64,000 nucleotides of DNA from Candidatus Limnocylindria bacterium (GTDB lineage: Bacteria; Chloroflexota; Limnocylindria; P2-11E). The notes under the pieces were generated by a model. The model did not search any database. It was not told where the DNA came from and worked only from the letters and a program-made list of their open reading frames with translations. The translations under genes were made by a program, and so were the position numbers. The DNA is taken from assembly GCA_038211425.1 (NCBI GenBank), contig JBBQVQ010000004.1, positions 6,591 to 70,590 of the forward strand, given 5' to 3'. Below are positions 47,182 through 56,349 of the stretch, piece after piece (position 1 is the first letter of the stretch; every line of letters begins with the position of its first letter).

Positions 47182-47880
47182 ATGCTGACGAAGCCTCGCG
47201 TCGCGCTGACCCTGTGCGGGCACGGTGCCGCGCGCTGCCGGCTCTCGCGTGAGGAATACGTGACGGCCCTGGAGCGCGCGGGGGCGCTCGTCCTCGCTTG
47301 CGGTCCGCGGGACGACCCGCCCGACGACTTCGACGCGCTCTGCCTGTCGGGCGGCGGGGACATCGACCCTGCGCGCTACGCCGCCGAGAACGTGGCATCG
47401 CGCGACATCGACCTCGATAGGGACGCCACGGAGTTCGCGCTGGCCGAGAGGGCGCTACGCGAGGACATGCCCATCCTCGGCGTATGCCGCGGCTTTCAGC
47501 TCTTGAACGTCGCTCTCGGCGGAACGCTCATCCAGCACGTCGAAGGTCACGAACAGCGGCTGACGGGCGCCGTGCCGCATGTGGTCGTTGCCGAGCCCGG
47601 GTCGCGCCTCGCGGACGCGTGCGGCGCCGAGCGACAGCGGGTCAACTCCGCGCATCACCAGGCCGTCACGCTGGCAACGCTCGCGGCAGGACTTCGGCCG
47701 ACAGTCCTGGTCGAGGGATCCATCGAGGCGTTCGAATCGCGCCATCACCGGTTCGTCGTCGGCGTGCAATGGCACCCCGAACGCACCGACGAGGTCGACG
47801 CCCCGGCCACGCGGATCTTCGATGGCCTCGTCCGCGCGGCGGCCCGGGGGCCGTCCGCCGTCACGATGTCGGAGATCTGA
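47182..47880 (+). CDS. Class I glutamine amidotransferase-like hydrolase (peptidase C26 / PuuD family)
   Basis: ILGVCRGFQLLN (catalytic Cys) and WHPE (His). Confidence 0.7.
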   Translation: MLTKPRVALTLCGHGAARCRLSREEYVTALERAGALVLACGPRDDPPDDFDALCLSGGGDIDPARYAAENVASRDIDLDRDATEFALAERALREDMPILGVCRGFQLLNVALGGTLIQHVEGHEQRLTGAVPHVVVAEPGSRLADACGAERQRVNSAHHQAVTLATLAAGLRPTVLVEGSIEAFESRHHRFVVGVQWHPERTDEVDAPATRIFDGLVRAAARGPSAVTMSEI

Positions 47881-49319
47881 CGACCGGCCAGTTCGGTCGG
47901 GCCGCGACCGTGGATGTCGAGCTCGAAGCCGCGAGCCGGCGGGTCAGTTTCTCGCAGGACGGATCGGCGTCGACGGCGGGATCGCCCCCGACGGTGCGGT
48001 TGTCGCGGGGGGTGACCGTCCGCATGGCAGCGCTGTCCGGCGATGCGACGCTCGACCGCCTCGCGCGCCAGGCGGCGCTCGCATCGGGGGCAGAGGTCGC
48101 CGCGGCCATGCGGGCCGATCGGCCGCTGCCCTTCGGCGAGCGCGCGGCCGCCTTCCGCGACGCCTCCGCGGATGCGCTGCTCGTGCAGCCGGGCAAAGGG
48201 TCCGGCGACGATCTCGTCGACCTCGTGGAAGCCTTCCGCGCGGGTTGCCCCGACCAGCACCCCGCGCCGCGGGTGCTGCTCATGGCCGAGGACGGGGCGC
48301 ACGGGCGTGTGCGCGCGGCGCTGGGGGAACACGACGTCGAGACCCTGCCGGACCTGCGGTCGCCCCAGGGCCACGCCGCGCTCCGCGCGCGGGTCCGTGA
48401 GATGCGGCGTGGCGCGAACGACGACGTCGTGCTGCGCGATGAGGCGATCGAACGCGCGGCGCTGACGCTCGCGCGCGAGCGTGGCACGGACGTGCTGGTC
48501 CTCGATTCGAGCGGCCGCTCGACCTCCCTCGCTCACGCGACGCCGGGTGGCACCCTGACCGGCGTGCACGAGCTGGCGCTCGGGAGCGGCAGCGGGAGCG
48601 ACCGCGTCGTGGCACGGGCAGGGCTGGACCGCGTTCGGCGGTGGATCCCCTGGGCCGTCGACGCGCCGTCCCTTCTCGAGCGCGTCTTCAACCGCGCGCG
48701 CTGGCCCGATGCCGTCGCAGCCACGCCTCTCGCGCTCGCGCTCGAGGTGGCGCTGGCGCACGAAGCTGTTTCGCAATTGCTGGCAGAGGCGGCCGAGAGC
48801 GGGATCGCCGTCGAGCGTTTCAGCCATGCGCCAGCCGTGTTCCTGGTCGGACACATCGCCCAGCTGCCGCGGCCCGCGCAGTCGCTGCTCGTCGCCGTGG
48901 ATGCGCTCGAGCCGCTCGCGGTCACGACGGTGTTCCGCGAACGGTCCAACGCGCTCGTCGCTCAGGCCGCGCTCGACGTCGCCGGCCATGGAGAAGCGGC
49001 CGAGCTCATCGAGCAGCAGGAGCTCGTAGCGCTGGTCGTGCCGGTCGTCTCCCGGCGCCGCGCCTCGCTGCGCATCGTATCGGCGTGGGAGCGATCGGAG
49101 GAGAGGGTCGCACCGGGAGCCTTCTACGTTGTGCCCCGGAGCGGGCCGATCGATGTCAGCTCGCCCGGTGCTGGCGTACGCGGCCATGGCGTGTCCGGCG
49201 GGCTCGGCCTGCTCATCGACGCCCGAGGCCGGCCCGTGTCCCTGCCGCAGCGGGATGCCGAGCGCATCCCGACGGTCGCGCGCTGGTACGCGGCGCTCGA
49301 CGCGTTCGGGCCGGCATAG
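47877..49319 (+). CDS. Hypothetical protein X (about 480 aa), uncharacterised; possibly ASKHA-like fold
   Basis: Long open frame with codon bias consistent with coding. CTG 47877 overlaps the upstream TGA (CTGA). GTG 47910 is the alternative start. DVLVLDSSGRST resembles an ASKHA phosphate-1 motif (DxGxT). Confidence 0.4.
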   Translation: MTTGQFGRAATVDVELEAASRRVSFSQDGSASTAGSPPTVRLSRGVTVRMAALSGDATLDRLARQAALASGAEVAAAMRADRPLPFGERAAAFRDASADALLVQPGKGSGDDLVDLVEAFRAGCPDQHPAPRVLLMAEDGAHGRVRAALGEHDVETLPDLRSPQGHAALRARVREMRRGANDDVVLRDEAIERAALTLARERGTDVLVLDSSGRSTSLAHATPGGTLTGVHELALGSGSGSDRVVARAGLDRVRRWIPWAVDAPSLLERVFNRARWPDAVAATPLALALEVALAHEAVSQLLAEAAESGIAVERFSHAPAVFLVGHIAQLPRPAQSLLVAVDALEPLAVTTVFRERSNALVAQAALDVAGHGEAAELIEQQELVALVVPVVSRRRASLRIVSAWERSEERVAPGAFYVVPRSGPIDVSSPGAGVRGHGVSGGLGLLIDARGRPVSLPQRDAERIPTVARWYAALDAFGPA

Positions 49320-49323
49320 CGCC

Positions 49324-50343
49324 ATGCCGTGGGCGTTCGGAACGTGGAGCGTCCGGCATGCGCTTCCGCTCGGCGCGTTCCAGCGCGCGGCACAGGGCGA
49401 GGCCGTGTACGCGGGCGACGTGCTTGCGAAGGGCACGTCCGTGACCTCGACCGTCCGCGTGCCGGGCGCGCGGCGCCTCGGGATATCCGCCGACGAGCTC
49501 GCACGGATCGCGCGCTACCCGCTCGGCGCTGAGGTTCGTCGCGGGTCGGTGCTCGCTCGCGCCGGTCGGCGGTTCGCGCGCGCCGCGATCTCGCCCGTGG
49601 CCGGCCACCTCGTGCATGTCTCGCGCGAGGGCGACTTCTACGTTGCTCCTGCGGCGGAGGCGTGGGCGGTCCGATCGACGATAGACGGCATCGTCGAGCG
49701 CTCGCACGATGCCGCCATCGCGGTGAGCGGACAGTGCTGGGCGCTCTCCGGCATCGCCGCATACGGCCCGGACGCCGTGGGGGTGCTCGCGATGGGGGTC
49801 GACGCGCCGATCGACGAGCTCCGCCCCTCCCGGATCGACGTCCGCTCGCGGCAGCACATCCTGGTCGGTGGAGCGCGGATGGCCGCGGAAGCGATAACGC
49901 GCGCGCACGCCTGCGGCGTCGCCGGCCTCGTCGCCGGAGCCGCGCCCGCGGGAGGGCTGCGCGTGGTGTACGGGGACGACGTGCGAGCGGCGGGGGAGGC
50001 CACGAGGGACGACCGCCCGACGGTACTGTGCCTCCTGGGTTTCGGCACCGCACCGATCCCGCGGGAGATATTCGTGCCGCTCGTCGCGCTCACCGGCTCG
50101 CGTGCGGCCATCCACACGGCCTCCGCCCGCCTCTTCGCCTTCGCTCCGGCCGACGCGGACTTTGCCTCCGGTCCTCACGACCTCGCGCTCGCGGACGATT
50201 ATTCAGGCGTCCGTCCGCTGGAAGGCCCGACGGAGGTCCACCGCGAGGAGCGCTTCGCCAGTGGGGTCGTCGCCGACGCGCTGCGCACGGCGGAGGGGCC
50301 CATCCCTGTCGCGAACGTGCGGCCGTCCGACGCCCCGCGCTGA
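49324..50343 (+). CDS. Hypothetical protein Y (about 340 aa), uncharacterised
   Basis: ATG 49324 lies 5 nt after the X stop. No recognisable motif. Confidence 0.4.
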   Translation: MPWAFGTWSVRHALPLGAFQRAAQGEAVYAGDVLAKGTSVTSTVRVPGARRLGISADELARIARYPLGAEVRRGSVLARAGRRFARAAISPVAGHLVHVSREGDFYVAPAAEAWAVRSTIDGIVERSHDAAIAVSGQCWALSGIAAYGPDAVGVLAMGVDAPIDELRPSRIDVRSRQHILVGGARMAAEAITRAHACGVAGLVAGAAPAGGLRVVYGDDVRAAGEATRDDRPTVLCLLGFGTAPIPREIFVPLVALTGSRAAIHTASARLFAFAPADADFASGPHDLALADDYSGVRPLEGPTEVHREERFASGVVADALRTAEGPIPVANVRPSDAPR

Positions 50344-50494
50344 GGTTGCCCGCGCCCCCGGCTGCTCCAAGGACCGGTGTCGCTTCGGCACGATGTCATC
50401 GAACGCCTCCCCTTCGTTGGCCGTCTGGCGACGTGGCCATGTCGAGACGCAGCGGCCGTCCCGGCGGATGAGGGGCGTTTCTTGAGCGCCCAGA

Positions 50495-51164
50495 ATGACG
50501 GCCACCACCGAAATGCCATTCGATCTGATATCGATCAACAGCCGCGACCCGCTGCAGGGGCGGCGATTCGAGCTGTTCGGCCTCTCGGCTCCGGTCTTCC
50601 GCCGGGACGGCTACCGCGGTGCGACCATGAAGGCGCTCGCCTTCGCGTGCCACCTGAGCGCACCGGCCCTCTATTACTACTTCCCGTCGAAGCTCGCGCT
50701 TGCGACATATCACCTGACGCGGCCGCAGCTCACCTGGAGCACCGTCCCACTCCGTCGCGCGGCGGAGCCGCTTCGAGGATCTGGCCGATGCGATCGACCT
50801 CGCGATCGCGGCTTGGCCCGACCACCAGCTTTCGCTCGAGCTGGCGCGCGAAGCGGGAGTCCAGCTATCGCACCGGAAGCTCGGCGAGCGGTTCGCCGAG
50901 GGAGTGGCCTTCATCGGCCGTGCGGTCCTCGGGGTCGCGCCGACCATCGGCCGTGAGCGCGCTGAGTCGGTGGCTCGTCATGTCCTTGCGCTCCTCGTGG
51001 CGCCAGCCACGACCGGCCTGGAGACCGACGCGGCCCAAGTGCGGGCTCACATCGTCGATGCGCTCCGCATGGAGCTGACGACCGCCGACGTCAATCCGGA
51101 GCGTTTCACACGCGTGATGGCCGCCCGGCCGCCCGTCACCAGACCAGCGACAGGCGTGGCATAG
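50495..51164 (+). pseudogene. TetR-family regulator with an apparent frameshift
   Basis: Frame 2 gives a canonical HTH (RRFELFGLSAPVFRRDGYRGATMKALAFACHLSAPALYYYFPSKLAL) up to about 50760. The TetR ligand-domain continuation (RFEDLADAIDLAIAAWPDHQ...VRAHIVDALRMEL) is in frame 0 to 51164. A one-base indel is inferred near 50755-50775. Confidence 0.45.
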
Positions 51165-51224
51165 CGCGCGAATCGAACAGAACCGCCCCTCCCGATTCGA
51201 TACGGGGCCAGATACGGTCGTCGC

Positions 51225-51692
51225 ATGATGCTCGTCGTGGCGATGGCCATCGCCTCGATGGGTCTGCTGGCGCACAACATCCTCTCGTTGCCGCTGCCAT
51301 TGCTCTCGCCCGCGAACGTCGGTCCGCTCATCGTCTATGCCGGACTCCTCGCTTGGCACCGTCTCTCCCGCGGCGCGAACGCAGCCCATTCGACGCTCCT
51401 GCTATGGACAGCCCTGAATTTCGGCGGCGGTATCCTCACGGCGCTCCCGTTCCCGATACTTCCCTTCGAACCGGAGCAGACCCTCGCTCACTACCTGGCC
51501 CACGCGATCTACGCACTCGCGCAGGTGCCGTTGCTCTGGCTGCTCATTTCAGCCAAACACGAACGCTCGCGGTCGAGTGATGTGGGAGGGTGGGAAGGCG
51601 TCTCGCTCGTGATCGAACGGCTCCCCAAGTCCGTCCGGCCAGCGGTGCGTAGGGCGCTGGCGCTGGCGCGGGCAAGCGGGCGGATCGCGTAA
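51225..51692 (+). CDS. Small integral membrane protein (4 predicted TM helices)
   Basis: Hydrophobic segments throughout. Immediately downstream of the TetR gene. Confidence 0.45.
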   Translation: MMLVVAMAIASMGLLAHNILSLPLPLLSPANVGPLIVYAGLLAWHRLSRGANAAHSTLLLWTALNFGGGILTALPFPILPFEPEQTLAHYLAHAIYALAQVPLLWLLISAKHERSRSSDVGGWEGVSLVIERLPKSVRPAVRRALALARASGRIA

Positions 51693-51697
51693 CGCTC

Positions 51698-52195
51698 GTG
51701 TCCGATCTCTATTCCTGGATCGTCTTTCTCCACGTGGCGGCGCTGCTCGGGTTTCTCCTGGCGCACGGGGCGTCCAGTGCGGCGGCCTTCCGCATCCGCC
51801 AGGAACGCGATCCCGTCCGCATCGCGGCACTACTCGACTTGTCGGCCGGTGTTTATGGCCTGAGCTACGCCTCCCTCGGGCTCCTCGTCATCACCGGGAT
51901 GGCGGCCGCGTTCATGGGGGGCTTCTGGTCGCGCGGATGGATCTGGGCTTCGATCGTGGTCCTCGTCGTGATGACGGTCTTGATGCACATCCACCCCGCA
52001 GCGTCCTTCTCCAGGACGCGCAAGGCGGCGGGCCTGCCTTACTTCGAGGGATGGCGTTCGCACGAAAAGGGCCCACCAGCTTCGACCGATGAGATCACGG
52101 CCGCGGCGGCCACGAACAACCCATGGACCACGCTCGTCATCGGCGGCGGAGGGATCCTTGTCATCGTCTGGTTGATGATGTTCAAGCCGTTCTGA
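51698..52195 (+). CDS. DUF2269-like integral membrane protein
   Basis: MSDLYSWIVFLHVAALLGFLLAHG...WLMMFKPF, 4 TM helices. GTG 51698 lies 5 nt after the previous stop. Confidence 0.5.
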   Translation: MSDLYSWIVFLHVAALLGFLLAHGASSAAAFRIRQERDPVRIAALLDLSAGVYGLSYASLGLLVITGMAAAFMGGFWSRGWIWASIVVLVVMTVLMHIHPAASFSRTRKAAGLPYFEGWRSHEKGPPASTDEITAAAATNNPWTTLVIGGGGILVIVWLMMFKPF

Positions 52196-52502
52196 CCCGG
52201 CACCACCGGAGGGAATGAGCTGGCGCGCGCCATACCCGCCGGGGGCGATCACTCACATCGACACCCCAGCGACGCGAGGTAGCGACCGATCGCAGTCGGG
52301 CTCGCGCGGATCTCCGCCTTGATGGCCACGCTCAGGGCTGGAGGACTCCCTTCCCCCGGGCAGGACCCGTGCTCGCTCCGTCATCTGGTCGCGTCGGCGT
52401 GCGCCTCCCGCACCTCGACCGCTCTCTGCAGAGGCCGGAGGTCCCGCTCGCCCGGGCAGAGCCCGTGCTCGCACGTTCGAAGGCACCCCCGACAATACAA
52501 GC

Positions 52503-53141
52503 GTGCGTGCTGACGAGCGCCGCGCCGTGCTGCGCCGGGGAGGCGTGTACTTCATCGTCGCGGCCGACGGGCGAGCGCCGGCTCTCGTCGATTCGGCGCT
52601 CGCGGCCGGGGTGCGGCTCGTTCAGCTGCGAGCGAAGGGGGCTTCCGACGCGCGCGCGCTCGACCTCGCGCGGGATCTCGCGGCGCGCTGTGCTCGCGCC
52701 GGCGCGCTGTTCGTCGTGAATGACAGAGCCGACATCGCGCTCCTGGCGAACGCGGATGGCGTGCACGTCGGCGACGACGACTTGCCGGTCCGCGACGCGC
52801 GCTCGCTGGTCGGCGCCGACCGCGTGGTCGGCGCTTCCGCGCATGATGCCCCCGGCGCAGGGCGCCTGGCGGCCGAGGGTGTGGACTACCTGGGCTCCGG
52901 GTCCGTCTACGCGACCGCCTCGAAGACCGACGCGGCGGTGCGTGGCCTCGATGTCATCCGTGAGGTGCGCGCCGCGATCGGACCTGCGCTCCCGTTGTTC
53001 GGCATTGGCGGCATCACCGCCGCGAACGCCAGGGCCGTGATCGAGGCCGGCGCGGACGGCGTGGCGGTGATCGGCGCGATCGCGGACGCGCCCCAGCCCC
53101 GCGAGGCCGCGGCCGGGCTGATCGCGCGCGTCGCCAGATGA
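52503..53141 (+). CDS. thiE: Thiamine-phosphate synthase
   Basis: LVQLRAKG, VVNDRADIAL, GIGGIT. Confidence 0.8.
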   Translation: MRADERRAVLRRGGVYFIVAADGRAPALVDSALAAGVRLVQLRAKGASDARALDLARDLAARCARAGALFVVNDRADIALLANADGVHVGDDDLPVRDARSLVGADRVVGASAHDAPGAGRLAAEGVDYLGSGSVYATASKTDAAVRGLDVIREVRAAIGPALPLFGIGGITAANARAVIEAGADGVAVIGAIADAPQPREAAAGLIARVAR

Positions 53142-54082
53142 ACGCGCAGAGCGAGCAGGACCTGGTCGCGCGCTGGCGCAAGCGCATCCCCGGAGGAGCC
53201 GGTGTCGTGCTCGGTCCCGGGGACGACGCGGCCCTGATCGAGGTGCCCCCCGGCGAACTGCTGGTCGTGACCACCGACATGCTCGTCGAAGGCGTGCATT
53301 TCCGCCGCGACTGGGGCGAGGCCGACGACCTCGGTTGGAAATCCGCCGCAGTCAACCTCTCCGACCTCGCGGCCATGGGCGCGAGGCCCGGCTACATGGT
53401 CGCCGCCGTCGCGCTGCCGGACGGCTTCGCGTCCGCATTCGCCGATGGCCTCGTGCAGGGCCTGGTCGAATGCGCGCGCGCGTTCGACTCCCCCCTCGTC
53501 GGCGGCGACACTGTGCGTAGCAGCGGTCCGTACGTCATCTCGGTCACCGCGGTCGGCTTCGTGGCGCGGGCCGTCGCGCTGCGACGCGACGCGGCACGTG
53601 TGGGCGACGTCGTCGCCGTCACCGGCCACCTCGGCGGCGCGGCGGCCGCGCTGCGCATCATGAATGGGGGAGAGATCCCTGATCCGCGGCTCGGCGCGCG
53701 CCTCCTCCGTCCCGTACCTCGGGTGCGCGAGGCGCGCGAGCTGGCAGCGGCGGGGCTGCGCTGCGCGATCGACTGCAGCGACGGACTCTCGCGCTCGGCG
53801 CTGCTCATCGCGCACGAGTCGGGTTGTGCGCTCGAGCTCGATGCGGAGCGCATTCCGGTGCAGGAGGGCGCGACCATCGCAGATGCGCTGGACGGCGGCG
53901 AAGACTATGAGCTGGTCGTCGCCGGTCCCGCGGCCGCGATCGAGCGCGCGGGTCCCCTTTTGACCGCCGTGGGTCGCGTGCGCGCCGGTTCCGGCGCCGA
54001 GCTGCTCACGACCGATGGCAAGCGCACGCGCCTGCTCGGTGGGTACGATGCCTTCGAAGCGACGACGCCGCCGCGGGCGTGA
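53138..54082 (+). CDS. thiL: Thiamine-monophosphate kinase
   Basis: AIR-synthase-related fold: DAALIEV...LVVTTDMLVEGVHF, VGGD. ATGA overlap with thiE. Confidence 0.8.
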   Translation: MNAQSEQDLVARWRKRIPGGAGVVLGPGDDAALIEVPPGELLVVTTDMLVEGVHFRRDWGEADDLGWKSAAVNLSDLAAMGARPGYMVAAVALPDGFASAFADGLVQGLVECARAFDSPLVGGDTVRSSGPYVISVTAVGFVARAVALRRDAARVGDVVAVTGHLGGAAAALRIMNGGEIPDPRLGARLLRPVPRVREARELAAAGLRCAIDCSDGLSRSALLIAHESGCALELDAERIPVQEGATIADALDGGEDYELVVAGPAAAIERAGPLLTAVGRVRAGSGAELLTTDGKRTRLLGGYDAFEATTPPRA

Positions 54083-54143
54083 GCCCGCCGGGGTCCGGGC
54101 CCCGCGCGCGCAGAAGGTCGGCCAGGATCGTCGCCGGATCGAG

Positions 54144-54371
54144 TTGGCCCGGACCGAACATCGGCTGCGAAGGCAGCGAACGGTCGTCGGCACGCTCGGC
54201 GTCGTACCGCTGCTCGGATCGCTCGGCTGCACGAGCGGGATCGCGGCGACGTTCTGCGCCGTGCCTCGCGAGTGGTACCTGGCGATCTGGGCGGCCATCT
54301 TCGGGACGTTCCTCGGCCTGACGATCCGGTTGATCCTCGAGCGGCGGCGCTTCGAGCGGGCCCGTGGGTGA
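54144..54371 (+). CDS. Candidate small 2-TM membrane protein (about 75 aa) coupled between thiL and tsaE
   Basis: TTG 54144. TM segments TVVGTLGVVPLLGSLGCTSGIAATFCAV and WYLAIWAAIFGTFLGLTIRLIL. Its stop overlaps the tsaE GTG. Low confidence. Confidence 0.2.
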   Translation: MARTEHRLRRQRTVVGTLGVVPLLGSLGCTSGIAATFCAVPREWYLAIWAAIFGTFLGLTIRLILERRRFERARG

Positions 54372-54960
54372 TGCGGCGGCGCTCGCGTTCACCAGCCGCT
54401 CACCCTCGGAGACCCAGGACGTCGGCCGGCGTCTGGCAGCCCATCTGCGAGGGGATGACGTCGTGGCGCTCTGGGGCGAGCTGGGCTCGGGTAAGACGGT
54501 CCTCGCGCGCGGTCTCGCTACCGGCCTTGGCGCGGACCCGGGGGCGGTCTCGAGTCCGACATTCGTGATCCTCCATGAGCACCGCGGCGGGCGCCTGCCG
54601 CTCTTTCACCTTGACCTGTATCGGCTCGAGTCCGGCGGCCTCGGCTCGACCGGGTGGGAGGAATGCCTCGAAGCGGGGGGCGTCACCGCCATCGAATGGC
54701 CCGAGCGGGCGGCGGACCTGCTCCCCGCGGACCGCGTGGACGTGCGCCTCGAGCACGTCAGCCAAGACGACCGAGCGAGCCCGGACTCCGCCCGGCGCAG
54801 CGAGTCCTTCAGCCCTGAGCGAACGGTCGAGGCGCGGAGGCGTGCGTCGACGCAACGGGGCGATCCATCGGAGAACGAGCGTCGCGTCGTCCTCACCGGA
54901 AGCGGTCCTCGAGGGCGCGAGATCGTCGAAGGGTTGAGGGTCGATGCTGCTCGCGCTTGA
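54364..54960 (+). CDS. tsaE: tRNA t6A biosynthesis ATPase TsaE, with a C-terminal extension of about 50 aa
   Basis: P-loop GELGSGKT and IEWPER motif. 198 aa versus about 150 aa typical. Confidence 0.7.
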   Translation: MGDAAALAFTSRSPSETQDVGRRLAAHLRGDDVVALWGELGSGKTVLARGLATGLGADPGAVSSPTFVILHEHRGGRLPLFHLDLYRLESGGLGSTGWEECLEAGGVTAIEWPERAADLLPADRVDVRLEHVSQDDRASPDSARRSESFSPERTVEARRRASTQRGDPSENERRVVLTGSGPRGREIVEGLRVDAARA

Positions 54961-55615
54961 CACGTCGACGACGTCGGCCTCGGTCGCGCTGTTCGACGGC
55001 CGCAGGCTCCTCGCGGAGCAGGCCTGGCAGGCGCAGCGCCGCCAGAGCGCCGACCTCTTTCCGACGATCGAACGTCTTCTCGCGCTATCCGGGACGGCGC
55101 TGTCCGCCGTCGACCAGGTCGCGGTGGCGACGGGTCCCGGCTCCTTCAGCGGTCTGCGCGCCGGCATCGCCGCGGCGCAGGGCCTCGCACGCGGCGGCGG
55201 AGCCGCGCTCGTCGGCGTGCCGACGCTGGACGTGCTCGCCTACGCGCACGCGGCCTGCGGGATGGCGACCTGTCCGCTGCTTCCCGCCGGGCGGACCGAG
55301 TGGTACGCAGCCTTCTATGGCCTGCGCCACGGCACGTGGGGGCGACAGGGCGAGATCGGGATCCGCACGCTCGAAGCGCTGTGCGAGGAGACAACGACCG
55401 ACACGCTGTTCACCGGGGAGTTCGACGTCGCCGTGGAGACCACCCTGCGCGAACTGTTGGGCTCGAAAGCGGCGTTCGCGCCGCCGGCCGCGCGCCTGCG
55501 CCGCGCGGGCTACCTCGCACAGCTGGGCTGGGATCAGATCGCCGCGGGCGGCGCGACAGCTCCGGCCGATGTCGAGCCGCTCTATGTCCGGCCGCCGGCG
55601 ATCCGAACACGGTGA
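54944..55615 (+). CDS. tsaB: tRNA t6A biosynthesis protein TsaB
   Basis: MLLALDTSTTSASVALF...VAVATGPGSFSGLRAG. Confidence 0.75.
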   Translation: MLLALDTSTTSASVALFDGRRLLAEQAWQAQRRQSADLFPTIERLLALSGTALSAVDQVAVATGPGSFSGLRAGIAAAQGLARGGGAALVGVPTLDVLAYAHAACGMATCPLLPAGRTEWYAAFYGLRHGTWGRQGEIGIRTLEALCEETTTDTLFTGEFDVAVETTLRELLGSKAAFAPPAARLRRAGYLAQLGWDQIAAGGATAPADVEPLYVRPPAIRTR

Positions 55616-55629
55616 GGCACAGAGCTGGG

Positions 55630-55665
55630 CCTTCGGGGCCGGTGGGACCTTCGGGGCCGGTGGGA
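55630..55665. repeat. Perfect 18-bp tandem duplication (ccttcggggccggtggga x2) in the tsaB-rimI spacer
   Basis: Two identical adjacent copies were read directly from the sequence. Confidence 0.9.
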
Positions 55666-55757
55666 GGGGACATCCGACCGACATCCGATGTCGGCCAGCC
55701 GGAGAAAGCGCGAGCGACGCCCGACGGAAGCGCCAGCCGAAGGAGAACGTCCAACCT

Positions 55758-56279
55758 ATGGTGAGCACCGCACCCGTCGTCATCACCGATATGACGCTCG
55801 ATGACATCGCGGCCGTACAGGAGGTCGAGCGCAACTCGTTCCCCGTTCCCTGGCCGGCGAACGCCTTCCGCCAGGAGCTGACGCAGAACCGCAACGCGCG
55901 GTACGTGGTCGCGCGCGGCGAGGGCGCCGTGGTCGGCTACGCGGGACTGTGGCTCATGGTCGACGAAGCGCACGTCACCACCTTCGCGGTCCTGCCCGGA
56001 TTCCGGCGCCGCCGGATCGGCGAGCGGATACTCCAGCGGCTCTTCGAGATCGCGGGGGAGCTTGGCGCCGCGTGGCTCACGCTCGAGGTCCGCGCATCGA
56101 ACCTGGGCGCGCAGCGCCTCTATGAGAAGTACGGATTCAGGCGGGCGGGCGTGCGCCGGCGCTACTACTCCGACAACAACGAGGATGCTCTCATCATGTG
56201 GACCGAGCGGATCCGCGACCGCGCGGTGCGCGAACGCCTGCGCACCCTTCGCGAGCAGCTCGAGAGGGACGAAGACTGA
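55758..56279 (+). CDS. rimI: Ribosomal-protein-alanine N-acetyltransferase
   Basis: GNAT fold: LEVRASNLGAQRLYEKYGF. An AAGGAG RBS precedes ATG 55758. Confidence 0.8.
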   Translation: MVSTAPVVITDMTLDDIAAVQEVERNSFPVPWPANAFRQELTQNRNARYVVARGEGAVVGYAGLWLMVDEAHVTTFAVLPGFRRRRIGERILQRLFEIAGELGAAWLTLEVRASNLGAQRLYEKYGFRRAGVRRRYYSDNNEDALIMWTERIRDRAVRERLRTLREQLERDED

Positions 56280-56349
56280 AACCGGCGCAGCGCCCCCCAA
56301 GGACTCGCCGCGCCCCTGGCACGCGGCGCGCATCCGGTTTGGGGCCATC

